Below, piece by piece: positions 47,286 through 56,959 of a DNA stretch of 64,000 nt. A program made the position numbers and the translations under genes. A model generated the notes under the pieces. That model did no database searches. It was not told the origin of the DNA and worked only from the letters and a program-made list of their open reading frames with translations. Positions within the stretch are counted from its first letter, which is position 1. Every line of letters starts with the position of its first letter. Location: positions 1 to 64,000 of the IMG/VR virus record IMGVR_UViG_3300036828_000568. One strand, given 5' to 3'. The stretch comes from a virus.

Positions 47286-48494
47286 ATGGGACGATATGAT
47301 GCTCATATGAATCCGCTTTCTTACCGCTTGCAAGAGTGGTTGGATAAGCATGTCACTAATCACAGAGAACAAGAAGCTAAATCCATTCCTGGACATGTCC
47401 AGAAAATGGAAAAAGACTTCATGCACATTGCCTTTGAAACAGGCAATAAGATCTTTACTCCTCCTGTGATGAAAATGACTCAGTCATTTTCGAGGTTTGG
47501 CCGTGAACCTACTCAGAACAAAGATATGGGAATGGCCGTTCCCGGCGACTATTATTTGGGAGGTATTTCTGCCTTCGGTGGTGGCAGAACTAATTTCTAT
47601 CCTCGTGGTAATCTTTCTTCTCTTAGTTTTCAACCTGTAAGCAATTTGGATGCACCTAAACGTGATTATGATCAGCATTGGGAAACTGGTGGTCCTAATG
47701 GTTGGCGATGTAAGGTCCAAGAAAAGCAAACCAATTCTCCTCCTCCTGGGGCATTTGCAGGCGGGAATGGTGGTGGTAGCGGAGGAAATGGTGGTTCATC
47801 AGCCGCAGCAGTAACAAGATCCCACCGAACAGTAATGCAGCAGAGAAATGCTGTTCAGTTTGCAGATAGCGGTGGGTCTACAAGTCAAAGTGGTTCATCA
47901 CAACAGCAACAGCAACAGCAGAAAGACTATACTGAATTTAGTTTTGATAAAGATGGTCAAGGTATTGTACAAAGTAAGGATAGGAAACATTATCTTAAAG
48001 TAAATCAAAAAGATAAAAAGATTATGTTAACCGGTGAAGGTGACAGCACCTTCTTTGGAAAGAATAATGCTTATTTGAATTCAGCCGGATTATGTATCGT
48101 AAATCCAGAAGGACAATCTGAAGAAAGCGGTGCTGGTTGGGATGATCAACAACAAGGTGGAAGTAGTCAAAGTGGTAGTGGACAGGGTGGGCTTGGTGGA
48201 CAGAGTGTTCTAACCGGTCATGTTGCAGGAATGCCATTATCATCTGGCAGAGCGTTACAGCAAAGAATGCCCAAGGTAGTAAGAACAAGAACAGGAGTAG
48301 CAATTCCTACGTTGCCATATAGAATCACTAAAGAAGGTGATCTTGTGATAAATCCTTTAGATGGTGGTGGAGGTGGTGGTGGCGGTGGTGGAGGGAATAA
48401 GGTATATTTGGGAGGTGATCCTCAGAAGCATAAGTTCTGTTTGGTTGAAACGGTTTGTGGTCCTAGCAAGAATGTGTATGCGAGGATTGGATGA
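47286..48494 (+). CDS. baseplate spike protein
   Basis: OB-like N-terminus (YYLGGIS...GNLSSLSFQPVS); Gly/Gln-rich inserts; position. Confidence 0.65.
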   Translation: MGRYDAHMNPLSYRLQEWLDKHVTNHREQEAKSIPGHVQKMEKDFMHIAFETGNKIFTPPVMKMTQSFSRFGREPTQNKDMGMAVPGDYYLGGISAFGGGRTNFYPRGNLSSLSFQPVSNLDAPKRDYDQHWETGGPNGWRCKVQEKQTNSPPPGAFAGGNGGGSGGNGGSSAAAVTRSHRTVMQQRNAVQFADSGGSTSQSGSSQQQQQQQKDYTEFSFDKDGQGIVQSKDRKHYLKVNQKDKKIMLTGEGDSTFFGKNNAYLNSAGLCIVNPEGQSEESGAGWDDQQQGGSSQSGSGQGGLGGQSVLTGHVAGMPLSSGRALQQRMPKVVRTRTGVAIPTLPYRITKEGDLVINPLDGGGGGGGGGGGNKVYLGGDPQKHKFCLVETVCGPSKNVYARIG

Positions 48495-48907
48495 GAACCT
48501 ATGGCCGAACCCAAGATGTGATTTCTGGTAAGAAAAAATGGTGGGTTGTCACGACCGACCAAGGGGGGTATAATGACTCTGTCTATTTAACTGACCTAGC
48601 TCAAGTATTGAAATTAAACTTGGGTGAAAGTCCGTTCTTTGCTAACTATGGTATCCCGGCCCATGAATCAATCATGACTCAGGTGTTCCCAGACTTTTAT
48701 ATCGCACGTACTCAACAGCAATTTGCTGGATATTTTGCATCGTTGATTGTAACGGCACTTCCAGTTCAACAGGGCTCAGCAGACAGCTTCGCAACACAAC
48801 AAGAGGGTGCTTCTGCTCCTCGGTACTATCTCAATGTCCTCACTAACTACGGCTCACGTATCGGCGTTCACGTAAGACCGGGATACCCGGTAGAGCAGCC
48901 TATCTGA
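48491..48907 (+). CDS. gp25-like baseplate wedge protein
   Basis: LKLNLGESPFFANYGIP. Confidence 0.75.
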   Translation: MRTYGRTQDVISGKKKWWVVTTDQGGYNDSVYLTDLAQVLKLNLGESPFFANYGIPAHESIMTQVFPDFYIARTQQQFAGYFASLIVTALPVQQGSADSFATQQEGASAPRYYLNVLTNYGSRIGVHVRPGYPVEQPI

Positions 48908-48917
48908 AGTTAAAATC

Positions 48918-50372
48918 ATGGCAATTCTTCCACTCATAATGACACCACAGGGGTTGCAGCCCGCAGCTCCGGCAGACTTACGAGCAAGCCTGATTTCACT
49001 TGTTTCTGCAATAGTGCCAGATTATACAGCCAATCTGCCTGGGTCATTGATTGAAGACATTTCTAGTACTGATACATTTGCCTTGGTTGAAAGTGATAGT
49101 TTTCTTGTAGACTTGGTTAACTCCGTCACTCCTTTTGGTGCTAATGCATTCTTGCTGAATCAACTTGGCATTCTATATGGAGTAGACCATCAACCAGTTA
49201 CGAATACTGCCGTCTATGTAGTATTTCAAGGACCTCCTGGTTATGTGATTAATCAGGGGTTCGTAGTAGGCGATGGAACTTATCAGTATGTTTGTCAGAC
49301 CGGTGGCATTTGCGGGATAGATGGAAGTACTCTTCCAATTTATGCTTTGGCTACGACTACAGGAGCATGGGAAGTTTTACCGAATACCGTGGTTCAATTT
49401 CTAACTTCTGTCCCTGCCAGTATTCCACTTTCCTGCACTAACCCGGTAGCAGGAATTCCTTCATTATCTGGCGAACCGATTAGCGTATTCCGTGAACGAT
49501 GTTTCACAGCAGGCCTCGCAGCATCCACCGGTATGGCTCGTTATTTGAAAACACTTTGTGGAAATATTCCGGGAGTGCAAAATCGTTTAATTGCTATTCA
49601 ACAAGATAGTGGTCAGTACGTGGTGATTGTGGGTGGAGGAGACCCGTATCAAGTTGCTCATGCTATTTGGCAATCTGATTTCTATACCCCTGGTCTTTCT
49701 GGAGCAACAATTAGAATAACCAACATTTCTAACACTAATCCAGTGGTTATCACCACAGCCGCTAACCATAATCTTAGTGATAATGATTTAGAGGTTATTT
49801 CTGGTGTAGTAGGGATGGTAGGAATAAATGGAATTGAATATCCTATAACTACAATGCGGACAGCTTTTCCAAATAGCCCTGGTCCAATTCCAGATAGACA
49901 GTTTACAATTCCTGTTAATGGAACTACTATGGGTCCATACATGTATGGAGGAACTGTTTTTCCTAATCCTATCAATATAAATATTTCTGTTGCTGACTTT
50001 CCCGATTCGTATATCATTCCTTTTGTTATTCCACCACAAGAACGTGTGTTCATACAGGTTATCTGGCGAACAGATTCACCAAACTTCGTTTCACCAGATG
50101 CAGTAGCCACGGCAGCGGTTCCGGAAATTGTTGATTACATTAATTCACTACCGGCAGGAACAACTCCGATTAACTTGAATGTATTGAACAAGGTTTTCTT
50201 AGATGCTGTTTCTACTATCTTAGTTGGTGAATATATTGTTGATTTAGAATGGAGCATTACTATAAATGGAATTCCGTTTTCTCCAGTTAGTGGAACTCAG
50301 GTTATTTGGGGCGATCCGTTTAGTTATTTCTATACTGAAAATGGGCAGGTTCAAGTCTTAAGGGGTCCGTAG
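48918..50372 (+). CDS. baseplate J-like protein
   Basis: LLNQLG..YG, EPISVFRER, VIVGGGDPYQVAHAI. Confidence 0.85.
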   Translation: MAILPLIMTPQGLQPAAPADLRASLISLVSAIVPDYTANLPGSLIEDISSTDTFALVESDSFLVDLVNSVTPFGANAFLLNQLGILYGVDHQPVTNTAVYVVFQGPPGYVINQGFVVGDGTYQYVCQTGGICGIDGSTLPIYALATTTGAWEVLPNTVVQFLTSVPASIPLSCTNPVAGIPSLSGEPISVFRERCFTAGLAASTGMARYLKTLCGNIPGVQNRLIAIQQDSGQYVVIVGGGDPYQVAHAIWQSDFYTPGLSGATIRITNISNTNPVVITTAANHNLSDNDLEVISGVVGMVGINGIEYPITTMRTAFPNSPGPIPDRQFTIPVNGTTMGPYMYGGTVFPNPININISVADFPDSYIIPFVIPPQERVFIQVIWRTDSPNFVSPDAVATAAVPEIVDYINSLPAGTTPINLNVLNKVFLDAVSTILVGEYIVDLEWSITINGIPFSPVSGTQVIWGDPFSYFYTENGQVQVLRGP

Positions 50373-51937
50373 TGCAACCGACTGTTTTAGAACCTGGTCT
50401 AGCCTTTGTTATCACTAGAGGTGGTACTTCTGTACAGATTGTTGATATAACTAAGACGATTGGTGGTTCTGAAGTTCCTATGAATGAATTGGGTGGGGTT
50501 ATCATAAACCCACTCAGAGCGATAGATCAAGGAATTACTACAGTTGAATCGTTATATGTAAATCTTCTTGGTCCAGCTTCTATCAGTCAATCTGGTGGAA
50601 ATACTGAAATAATTCCAGGTCAATGGTTTCTTGTTCCAGCTAACACGAATGCTTGGGTAAATGCAAGGACCAATAATCATAAATTTACTTCATATTTTCG
50701 TTCTACGTTCAGGCCACCTCATCCTTCACTTCCAGTTCCTGGTCAACCAGGAACTAATCTACCAGCATTAGGAGCAGAGCCAGGGGCACCTCCATATCCA
50801 CCTCGTTCTGTTACCGGGTTGACAACGGTTATTCCATCTTATTTGTATCAAGAATATACTGATGATGATGACTTGCAAGGATGGGTTGAAGCTCAGAATA
50901 TAATGCAGCAGGATTATGTTGATACATTCAATGCTCTTAATCTTCCGATTTATACAGGGCCTATTGTATCTGGTGCTTTGTTGGATTGGGTTGGTCGTGG
51001 TGTTTATGGTTTTCAACGTCCTGTTATTGGACCAGAAATACAGAGTACGTTTGGACCATTGAATACGTATGGGCCGAATTGGCTCGTACCAATGTGGGAT
51101 GAATTTGCTCCTGCTACTCGTAATCGTGGAACTTGGCAAGTCGCAGTTAATACTCCTGATCTAAATAACTTGGGTCCTTCACATGGTGATTACTGGACTG
51201 CGGTGACTGCTAGTCCCAATGTGCCAGAAACAGCTCCGTCCTCTATACCAGGGATTGGAGGGTTCTTAATCTACGATGGGGATAAAATACTATATGATGC
51301 CGGTAGAAAAACTTATGGTCAAACTGATCTTTCTGGGGTAGAGGCTGTTTTCGGGTTAAATGTGTACGAACATTATGATTTTGAAAACCTTGTTTTAACT
51401 AATGATGATGTTTATCGTCGAATCCTTTCATGGCATTTCTTTAAACAAGACGGAAATTACTTTTCTACTGAATTCTTAAAGCGTCGAGTATGGCGATTTT
51501 TATATGGGAAGGATGGAAAAGACTACGATTATATTGATATGACATTAGGTGCTCCACATCCTACTCCCCAATGGCCGGGAAGCGTGGCTGAGCTTACTGA
51601 TAAATTTATTGCTGATCGTAGACAAATAAGCGTAACGATGGGTGCAAATAGAAACGTCTGCATTCGCTTTGTATTAGGTGACCGTCCTGTGAATGGCGGA
51701 ACGATGTTAAATGTGGTAGGGTGCAACGGGTTCAACCCAGGGTTTGGAATGACTCCTCCGTGGACTATAGGAAATGATATTGTCAATAGGCCAAACTTCG
51801 GGATTTATTTGAACGACATTGAAACAGCCTATACTCCCTACCCACGATTACCAATGATGCAAACCTTTAAAGAAGCGTTAGATCTAGGTGTGCTTGAAGT
51901 TCCGTATCAGTTTAACTTCTCCTGCAAGATAGGGTGA
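50372..51937 (+). CDS. baseplate wedge protein (DUF2612-like) with extra domains
   Basis: YLYQEY, GALLDWVG..VYG.R, DDVYRRIL. Confidence 0.75.
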   Translation: MQPTVLEPGLAFVITRGGTSVQIVDITKTIGGSEVPMNELGGVIINPLRAIDQGITTVESLYVNLLGPASISQSGGNTEIIPGQWFLVPANTNAWVNARTNNHKFTSYFRSTFRPPHPSLPVPGQPGTNLPALGAEPGAPPYPPRSVTGLTTVIPSYLYQEYTDDDDLQGWVEAQNIMQQDYVDTFNALNLPIYTGPIVSGALLDWVGRGVYGFQRPVIGPEIQSTFGPLNTYGPNWLVPMWDEFAPATRNRGTWQVAVNTPDLNNLGPSHGDYWTAVTASPNVPETAPSSIPGIGGFLIYDGDKILYDAGRKTYGQTDLSGVEAVFGLNVYEHYDFENLVLTNDDVYRRILSWHFFKQDGNYFSTEFLKRRVWRFLYGKDGKDYDYIDMTLGAPHPTPQWPGSVAELTDKFIADRRQISVTMGANRNVCIRFVLGDRPVNGGTMLNVVGCNGFNPGFGMTPPWTIGNDIVNRPNFGIYLNDIETAYTPYPRLPMMQTFKEALDLGVLEVPYQFNFSCKIG

Positions 51938-51946
51938 GGATTCGCC

Positions 51947-53458
51947 ATGGCAATGCTTTGGAGTAATAATGCTTCCACCACGGTTGCAGGAGCTATCGCC
52001 GCTACAGACACCACGGTAACACTGAATTCGTTAGAATTTTTTCCAGGTAATCCTCCCAACACACCTCCTATTAATACTGGTGATTATTTCGTTGCTACTT
52101 TCTATGATCAACAGACTAAGACTTTAAACGAAATTGTCCATGTTACCGGTGTTTCTGGCAATACAGCTACGATTGTACGCGGGCAGGAAGGAACTACTCC
52201 TCTTGCCTGGAGTGCTGGTGATATTTTTGCTAATTTGATTACCGCTGGGACGCTTGACAATTTTGTTCAAAAAGGTGCTGTCCCTATTGATACTTCTATC
52301 GTATACGTGGGGGATGATACTTCTACAAATCCGTTGCATATTGTCTGTAATACAGTTCCTGTTCCAGCGAACTTTTCAGTTGGAATGCTTTTCAATATTA
52401 GGGTTGGAACGCAATGGGCAGCAGGAGTGAATGCGAACTTACCGGCTACTGATCTTCAGCTTAATGGCAAGCCGGTAGTTCTTGCCAAGCGTACTGACGG
52501 ATCGAATTTGGTGGGTGGTGAATTACGACGTGGTCAGGATTATATTTTCATTTATAATGGAGCAGCATTTGATACTACAATGATGCCTGTTCCACAACAA
52601 CCTCCTCAGTATACTTTCTATGTTAGGTCAGACGCCGCGAGTACCGTTAATTCAAGTGGCATTGAAAGTGCCTCTGGTTTTGCGAATACTGTGCAGGATG
52701 CTTTCCGTACAATTCAGGGTGCTATCAACACAATTAAAGCCAGATATATTTCTTCTCTTGCCATTACTATTAGAGTGGCAGATGGAGTTTATCAAAGTGG
52801 CTTTGGAGATAATACTCAATATATCGCGTCTTGGAATATTGTAGGTAATAGAAGTCAGCCACAAAACTGTCAGATCATCTGCACTTCAGTAAGTCCGTCT
52901 ACATATGTTCCTTATGCTCCGGTAGCAGTTTGTGTCGCTCTTGGGCAGGTCTCTGTTATGACTGTGGCTGGATTTAGCTTCCAGTCGTATAATCAGAACG
53001 CTTTGATTGATGGTCTCTTAGAACTATGGGATTGTCATTTTACCGCTCCTACAAGTGGATTGCCATGTGTTGATTCTGCTGGAACTGCTCGGATCTATGG
53101 TTACTGCACATTGTCAGCGGCGAACGCATTTTCTCAATTCGCCTGTGCCCATGCTGGTGGACAAGTGGGTTTGGGATACTATGATGGAATCTTCACGCCT
53201 ATCGGTTTTAATATGACCATAAATGGTACACCGAATGTTACACAGGGATTTGTGTCTGGATTCGAAACAGGGACTATTTCCATATACGATAATGTTTGCG
53301 CCTTCACAGGTCAGTGCCATGGATATCAGTATATTTGTTCAACCGGTGGTGGCATCGGGTTCTATACTGGAAATACCGGTATTCTGCCAGCAGATACTCC
53401 TGGAATTGTTACGACGGCATCGCCTGGTGATTGCGGTGGATGGATAACTCACGGATAA
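51947..53458 (+). CDS. tail fibre/spike protein
   Basis: NNASTT...EIVHVT...RGQEGT; YVRSD...AFRTIQGAIN...VADGVY beta-helix start. Confidence 0.8.
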   Translation: MAMLWSNNASTTVAGAIAATDTTVTLNSLEFFPGNPPNTPPINTGDYFVATFYDQQTKTLNEIVHVTGVSGNTATIVRGQEGTTPLAWSAGDIFANLITAGTLDNFVQKGAVPIDTSIVYVGDDTSTNPLHIVCNTVPVPANFSVGMLFNIRVGTQWAAGVNANLPATDLQLNGKPVVLAKRTDGSNLVGGELRRGQDYIFIYNGAAFDTTMMPVPQQPPQYTFYVRSDAASTVNSSGIESASGFANTVQDAFRTIQGAINTIKARYISSLAITIRVADGVYQSGFGDNTQYIASWNIVGNRSQPQNCQIICTSVSPSTYVPYAPVAVCVALGQVSVMTVAGFSFQSYNQNALIDGLLELWDCHFTAPTSGLPCVDSAGTARIYGYCTLSAANAFSQFACAHAGGQVGLGYYDGIFTPIGFNMTINGTPNVTQGFVSGFETGTISIYDNVCAFTGQCHGYQYICSTGGGIGFYTGNTGILPADTPGIVTTASPGDCGGWITHG

Positions 53459-53468
53459 GGGGTAAGAT

Positions 53469-53774
53469 ATGAGCACTCCAGTTGCTGGAATGGCGTCACA
53501 AACATCGGCAACTCCCGGTGTTCCCACTAACGCAATAGCACCGAATCAGTCCGGTGGCTATATTGTCAATCCACTTGCGCCAGCAGATCAAGGACTTGCT
53601 GCGGCTGAAGTGCTATACGTCAGTCAAGTTGGTGCTGCTGATACGAGTGCTAACAACGTGACTGTAGCTCTTCAACCAGGGCAGTCGTACACAGTAATCC
53701 CGAATACGACCACACCGGTCAGTGTTGCATCTAACAGTGCGAGTCATCAGTTCACCGCTGTTCAATGGGCTTAA
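53469..53774 (+). CDS. small structural protein (NPL..DQG module)
   Basis: homologous to segments of 33148 and 50372 proteins. Confidence 0.7.
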   Translation: MSTPVAGMASQTSATPGVPTNAIAPNQSGGYIVNPLAPADQGLAAAEVLYVSQVGAADTSANNVTVALQPGQSYTVIPNTTTPVSVASNSASHQFTAVQWA

Positions 53775-53775
53775 A

Positions 53776-54330
53776 ATGGAACAGGTCGTAGCCCCACGTG
53801 AATCTGTCCTTGGTTCAGGAGCGGGTGGTCCGCTTACTGCGCCTACACAATGGAATGCATTTCAAGGATATATTCAGTATTCTTATGGGGTTGTGATTGG
53901 AAATCCTACTGGCGGTAATAAAGGGAACGGAACATTAAATCTTGATAATGGCCTTTATCTAGATGGAGTTATTGTAGATCTTACCAAATACCTTCTTCTT
54001 ACTGGCGGCACGTTGTCTGGGAAATTGACTCTAGCTATGGATCCTACTAATCCATTTGATGCTGCCACAAAGAAATACGTTGATGCTCAAATCGTAACTG
54101 TTAATGGAAATTTTGCCAGTTATCTTCCTTTAGTTGGTGGTACGTTGACAGGACCATTAACTCTTCCTGCAGATCCAACTACTGATTTTCAAGCTGCTAC
54201 GAAAATATATGTAGATAATAAAACTTCTAGTTTAATAGGAATAGCAGATGCACCGAGTGATGGAACTACCTATGGTCGGAAAAATGCGGCTTGGGTGAAT
54301 GCTTCCCTAATTGATGTAGGAACCTACTGA
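53776..54330 (+). CDS. tail fibre protein
   Basis: two YLxLxGGTLxGxLTL..DP....AATK.YVD repeats. Confidence 0.8.
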   Translation: MEQVVAPRESVLGSGAGGPLTAPTQWNAFQGYIQYSYGVVIGNPTGGNKGNGTLNLDNGLYLDGVIVDLTKYLLLTGGTLSGKLTLAMDPTNPFDAATKKYVDAQIVTVNGNFASYLPLVGGTLTGPLTLPADPTTDFQAATKIYVDNKTSSLIGIADAPSDGTTYGRKNAAWVNASLIDVGTY

Positions 54331-55460
54331 TGGTTGCTAAAATTCAAATTCTTCGTTCTGTTACACCCGGTAGTCGTCCTTCTGGAAAGACGTATGGCGA
54401 ACCATATGTCAATTTTGGGGATAATCAGTTTGGGGTTTTTGACTCAAGCAACGTAGCACGTGACCTTATTGGTGTTCCGTATTTTTCAGCAGCACTTTCT
54501 TATATTCAAGGAGCCACGGTTAATTATCAAGGGAAACTTTATCAATCTATTACGTCTGTGGCGGCAGGAGCGTGGAACCCTGCGCAATGGGCTCTCGTCG
54601 TACAGCAATTTTATGTTGATAGTTCTGTAAATGCTTTTTGCCCGCAGAATTGTCGATTTATTTGTACCGGTACAACAACAACAAATCTTTCACCGTTCAA
54701 TGGTAGTAAGATAAAGATAAATGGTGCCTATTATGATATACCTGCCTCTGGTATTCAAGCTGTGAATACTAATCTTATGATAAATGGAGTAGGTGGAAGA
54801 ACTCTTGCTGCAAGTGCTCCCTATTATGTTTTTGCCTTCGCTACTGGACCTACTACTATTGGTCTTGATTTTCGAACAACTGGTGCTGGAGGTTATGCTC
54901 ATGTTATGTCGTCTACGCCTGGAAATTTAGGCGTCGAAATTATGTGTAATACCGATGGCTCAGGCAAAAATGACGGATATACTTTTGTTGGATTGATTGT
55001 TGCAAGTTCCGCAAGTCAATTTAGTGATACAGTAGGTACTAGACAGGTTCTTTCTTGGTATAACAGAAGACCTAAATCATTGCTTGGACCTGCTATTGGA
55101 GCTGTTAATACGACAGCAACAGGGGCACAAGAACTTTCTCCTTCTCAACGTCAATATTTCTTAAACTGGATAAATCAGGATGTTTATTTAGGAGTAATAG
55201 GATATTCTTATATAGATACGGCCGGACAAGCTACTTTTATTCAAGTATCATCTGACGGAGTTATTCTAACAAATCCATTCCCATACAATACTCATGCAGC
55301 AGTATCATATGCTAATAATTTGAGTTTTGGTCAATGGATGGATGGTACTGCTGCTCCATTTGCTAGTGAACTTGGCCTACACAGTAGTTCTATTCTTGGT
55401 GCTGTAACTGGTGGGACTGGAACTTTTAATGTGCGTCAAACTGGGATGATATTCGGGTGA
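54330..55460 (+). CDS. tail fibre / receptor-binding protein
   Basis: KIQILRS...GEPYVN; carbohydrate-binding-like YI.GATVNYQGKLY...W; SWYNRRP. Confidence 0.75.
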   Translation: MVAKIQILRSVTPGSRPSGKTYGEPYVNFGDNQFGVFDSSNVARDLIGVPYFSAALSYIQGATVNYQGKLYQSITSVAAGAWNPAQWALVVQQFYVDSSVNAFCPQNCRFICTGTTTTNLSPFNGSKIKINGAYYDIPASGIQAVNTNLMINGVGGRTLAASAPYYVFAFATGPTTIGLDFRTTGAGGYAHVMSSTPGNLGVEIMCNTDGSGKNDGYTFVGLIVASSASQFSDTVGTRQVLSWYNRRPKSLLGPAIGAVNTTATGAQELSPSQRQYFLNWINQDVYLGVIGYSYIDTAGQATFIQVSSDGVILTNPFPYNTHAAVSYANNLSFGQWMDGTAAPFASELGLHSSSILGAVTGGTGTFNVRQTGMIFG

Positions 55461-55464
55461 TACC

Positions 55465-55734
55465 ATGGCTGATGTAGTAATAGGACCAACCTTTGGACAA
55501 GAATTAATTGCTGCTGGACTTGGAGGCTGTTCTGCTAGCTGGATGGAGAATGGTACTTTCTATAATCGTGAGTTGCTTACAGACGAGCAGAATATAAAGT
55601 TAGATGAGGTAATTGCGGCTCATGATCCCACTAAACCACCACCACCTACTATACTAGATAGACTAGAGGCTAGGGTTGAACAACTTAGTGCAGAAGTTGA
55701 AGAGTTAAAAGGCAAACGTAGAAAGAAAGACTAA
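55465..55734 (+). CDS. fibre-associated small protein
   Basis: VIAAHDP motif plus coiled coil. Confidence 0.6.
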   Translation: MADVVIGPTFGQELIAAGLGGCSASWMENGTFYNRELLTDEQNIKLDEVIAAHDPTKPPPPTILDRLEARVEQLSAEVEELKGKRRKKD

Positions 55735-56249
55735 TGGCTGCTGTCATCAAGATTAAGCGTCGTGTTGGCTCCTCCGGGGTGCCAACTTCGTTAGCTGAAG
55801 GTGAACTGGCATTCCAAGATCCCGGCGGTGGTCCAGCTAGTCTCTATATCGGCACTACTCCAGCAGCAGTAATGACTCTTGTCAGTGCTACTCGGCAAGT
55901 TGAAATTGCCGGGGCACAGACTATTACAGGAACAAAGACGATTGCTGTTGCTGCCTTCAAGTTGACAGGAGGTGCGAATACCAACATTCTTTCTACTGAT
56001 GGTGCAGGTAATCTAACATGGACCGCAGCCCCTGGAGGTGGAATTACAGCCGTTTCCCATGACACAACGATGACCGGTGATGGTAATGCTACTCCGCTTA
56101 GTGTGATCAAGCTGGCGACGGCACGGACCATCGGTATCACTGCCACTGGTGGAACAACGATTACGCAAACTCCAGCATCCTTTGATGGTAGTGCAAACGT
56201 GTCTATTAGTGGATTCGAAATTACTGGTTTGGATGGAGGAGTGTACTAA
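55734..56249 (+). CDS. tail fibre-like protein
   Basis: IKIKRR...PTSLAEGELA; KLATARTI...SFDGSANV. Confidence 0.75.
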   Translation: MAAVIKIKRRVGSSGVPTSLAEGELAFQDPGGGPASLYIGTTPAAVMTLVSATRQVEIAGAQTITGTKTIAVAAFKLTGGANTNILSTDGAGNLTWTAAPGGGITAVSHDTTMTGDGNATPLSVIKLATARTIGITATGGTTITQTPASFDGSANVSISGFEITGLDGGVY

Positions 56250-56464
56250 TGGGTGATCCTATTTTTGTTAGTAATGAAGCAGAGTCGGAAGAAAAGCCGA
56301 CTTATATAGTTTCCAGGTTAGTTGCCGGAGAAATACCTCCAGAAGAGGTAGTAATACCAGATGAGCCAGAAAAAGTTCCAGAAGATAGGCCAACTTACAT
56401 CGCTTATAAGGTGGAAGAAAAAGGAACCAGAGGAACTGGAAGCGACGATAACCCACCATCCTAA
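56249..56464 (+). CDS. acidic hypothetical protein
   Basis: TAATG-coupled; PTYI x2. Confidence 0.5.
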   Translation: MGDPIFVSNEAESEEKPTYIVSRLVAGEIPPEEVVIPDEPEKVPEDRPTYIAYKVEEKGTRGTGSDDNPPS

Positions 56465-56584
56465 TGGTTTAATCGTACTTCAATTAAACCAACCTCTACA
56501 GAGTATCTTCCTTAGTGCAGAGGAAGCTTGTGCTATCGCTAAGGCTCTTTTAATAGAGGCACGTAGGGTCAGGATAGCAAGGTT

Positions 56585-56959
56585 ATGAAATGGTTAAATC
56601 ACGAAAAAACTGAGACCTGGGTCATCTACTTTATTCTAGTGGTGGTGGTCCTGATAGTACTCGCCGCCATTGGATACATGGCGGGACGCTGGTATATCGA
56701 ACCTAGTCAGGCTCAACAAACTCGTGTTGATCTCTATGGTAATGTACCACTCGATGCTATTTTGTTACCGATTGATCGTAAGGCACTCGATGAAGCTTAC
56801 CATGCTCACCTCATCAAATTATGGACCGTTTGGCTTACTGATGGTGCCAAGGATTCGTCACGCTTTCGTAATGGATTGAAGATTGCTCGCGGGGCTTATC
56901 ACGAAGCAATAGAGGCTCTCACTAAACGTGAACAGCTATTGAAAGAACAGGCAAAATGA
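56585..56959 (+). CDS. single-TM membrane protein, possible lysis accessory
   Basis: N-terminal TM, helical C-terminus; overlaps endolysin start. Confidence 0.6.
   Translation: MKWLNHEKTETWVIYFILVVVVLIVLAAIGYMAGRWYIEPSQAQQTRVDLYGNVPLDAILLPIDRKALDEAYHAHLIKLWTVWLTDGAKDSSRFRNGLKIARGAYHEAIEALTKREQLLKEQAK

Noticed and set aside
55754-55762. Self-target match to spacer TAAGCGTCG
   Set aside because: A single 9-mer hit is expected by chance and the partner spacer does not match next to it. An exhaustive self-target search was not possible by eye.
51947-56249. Diversity-generating retroelement or invertible fibre cassette
   Set aside because: No reverse transcriptase, invertase or template/variable repeat pair seen in the window.
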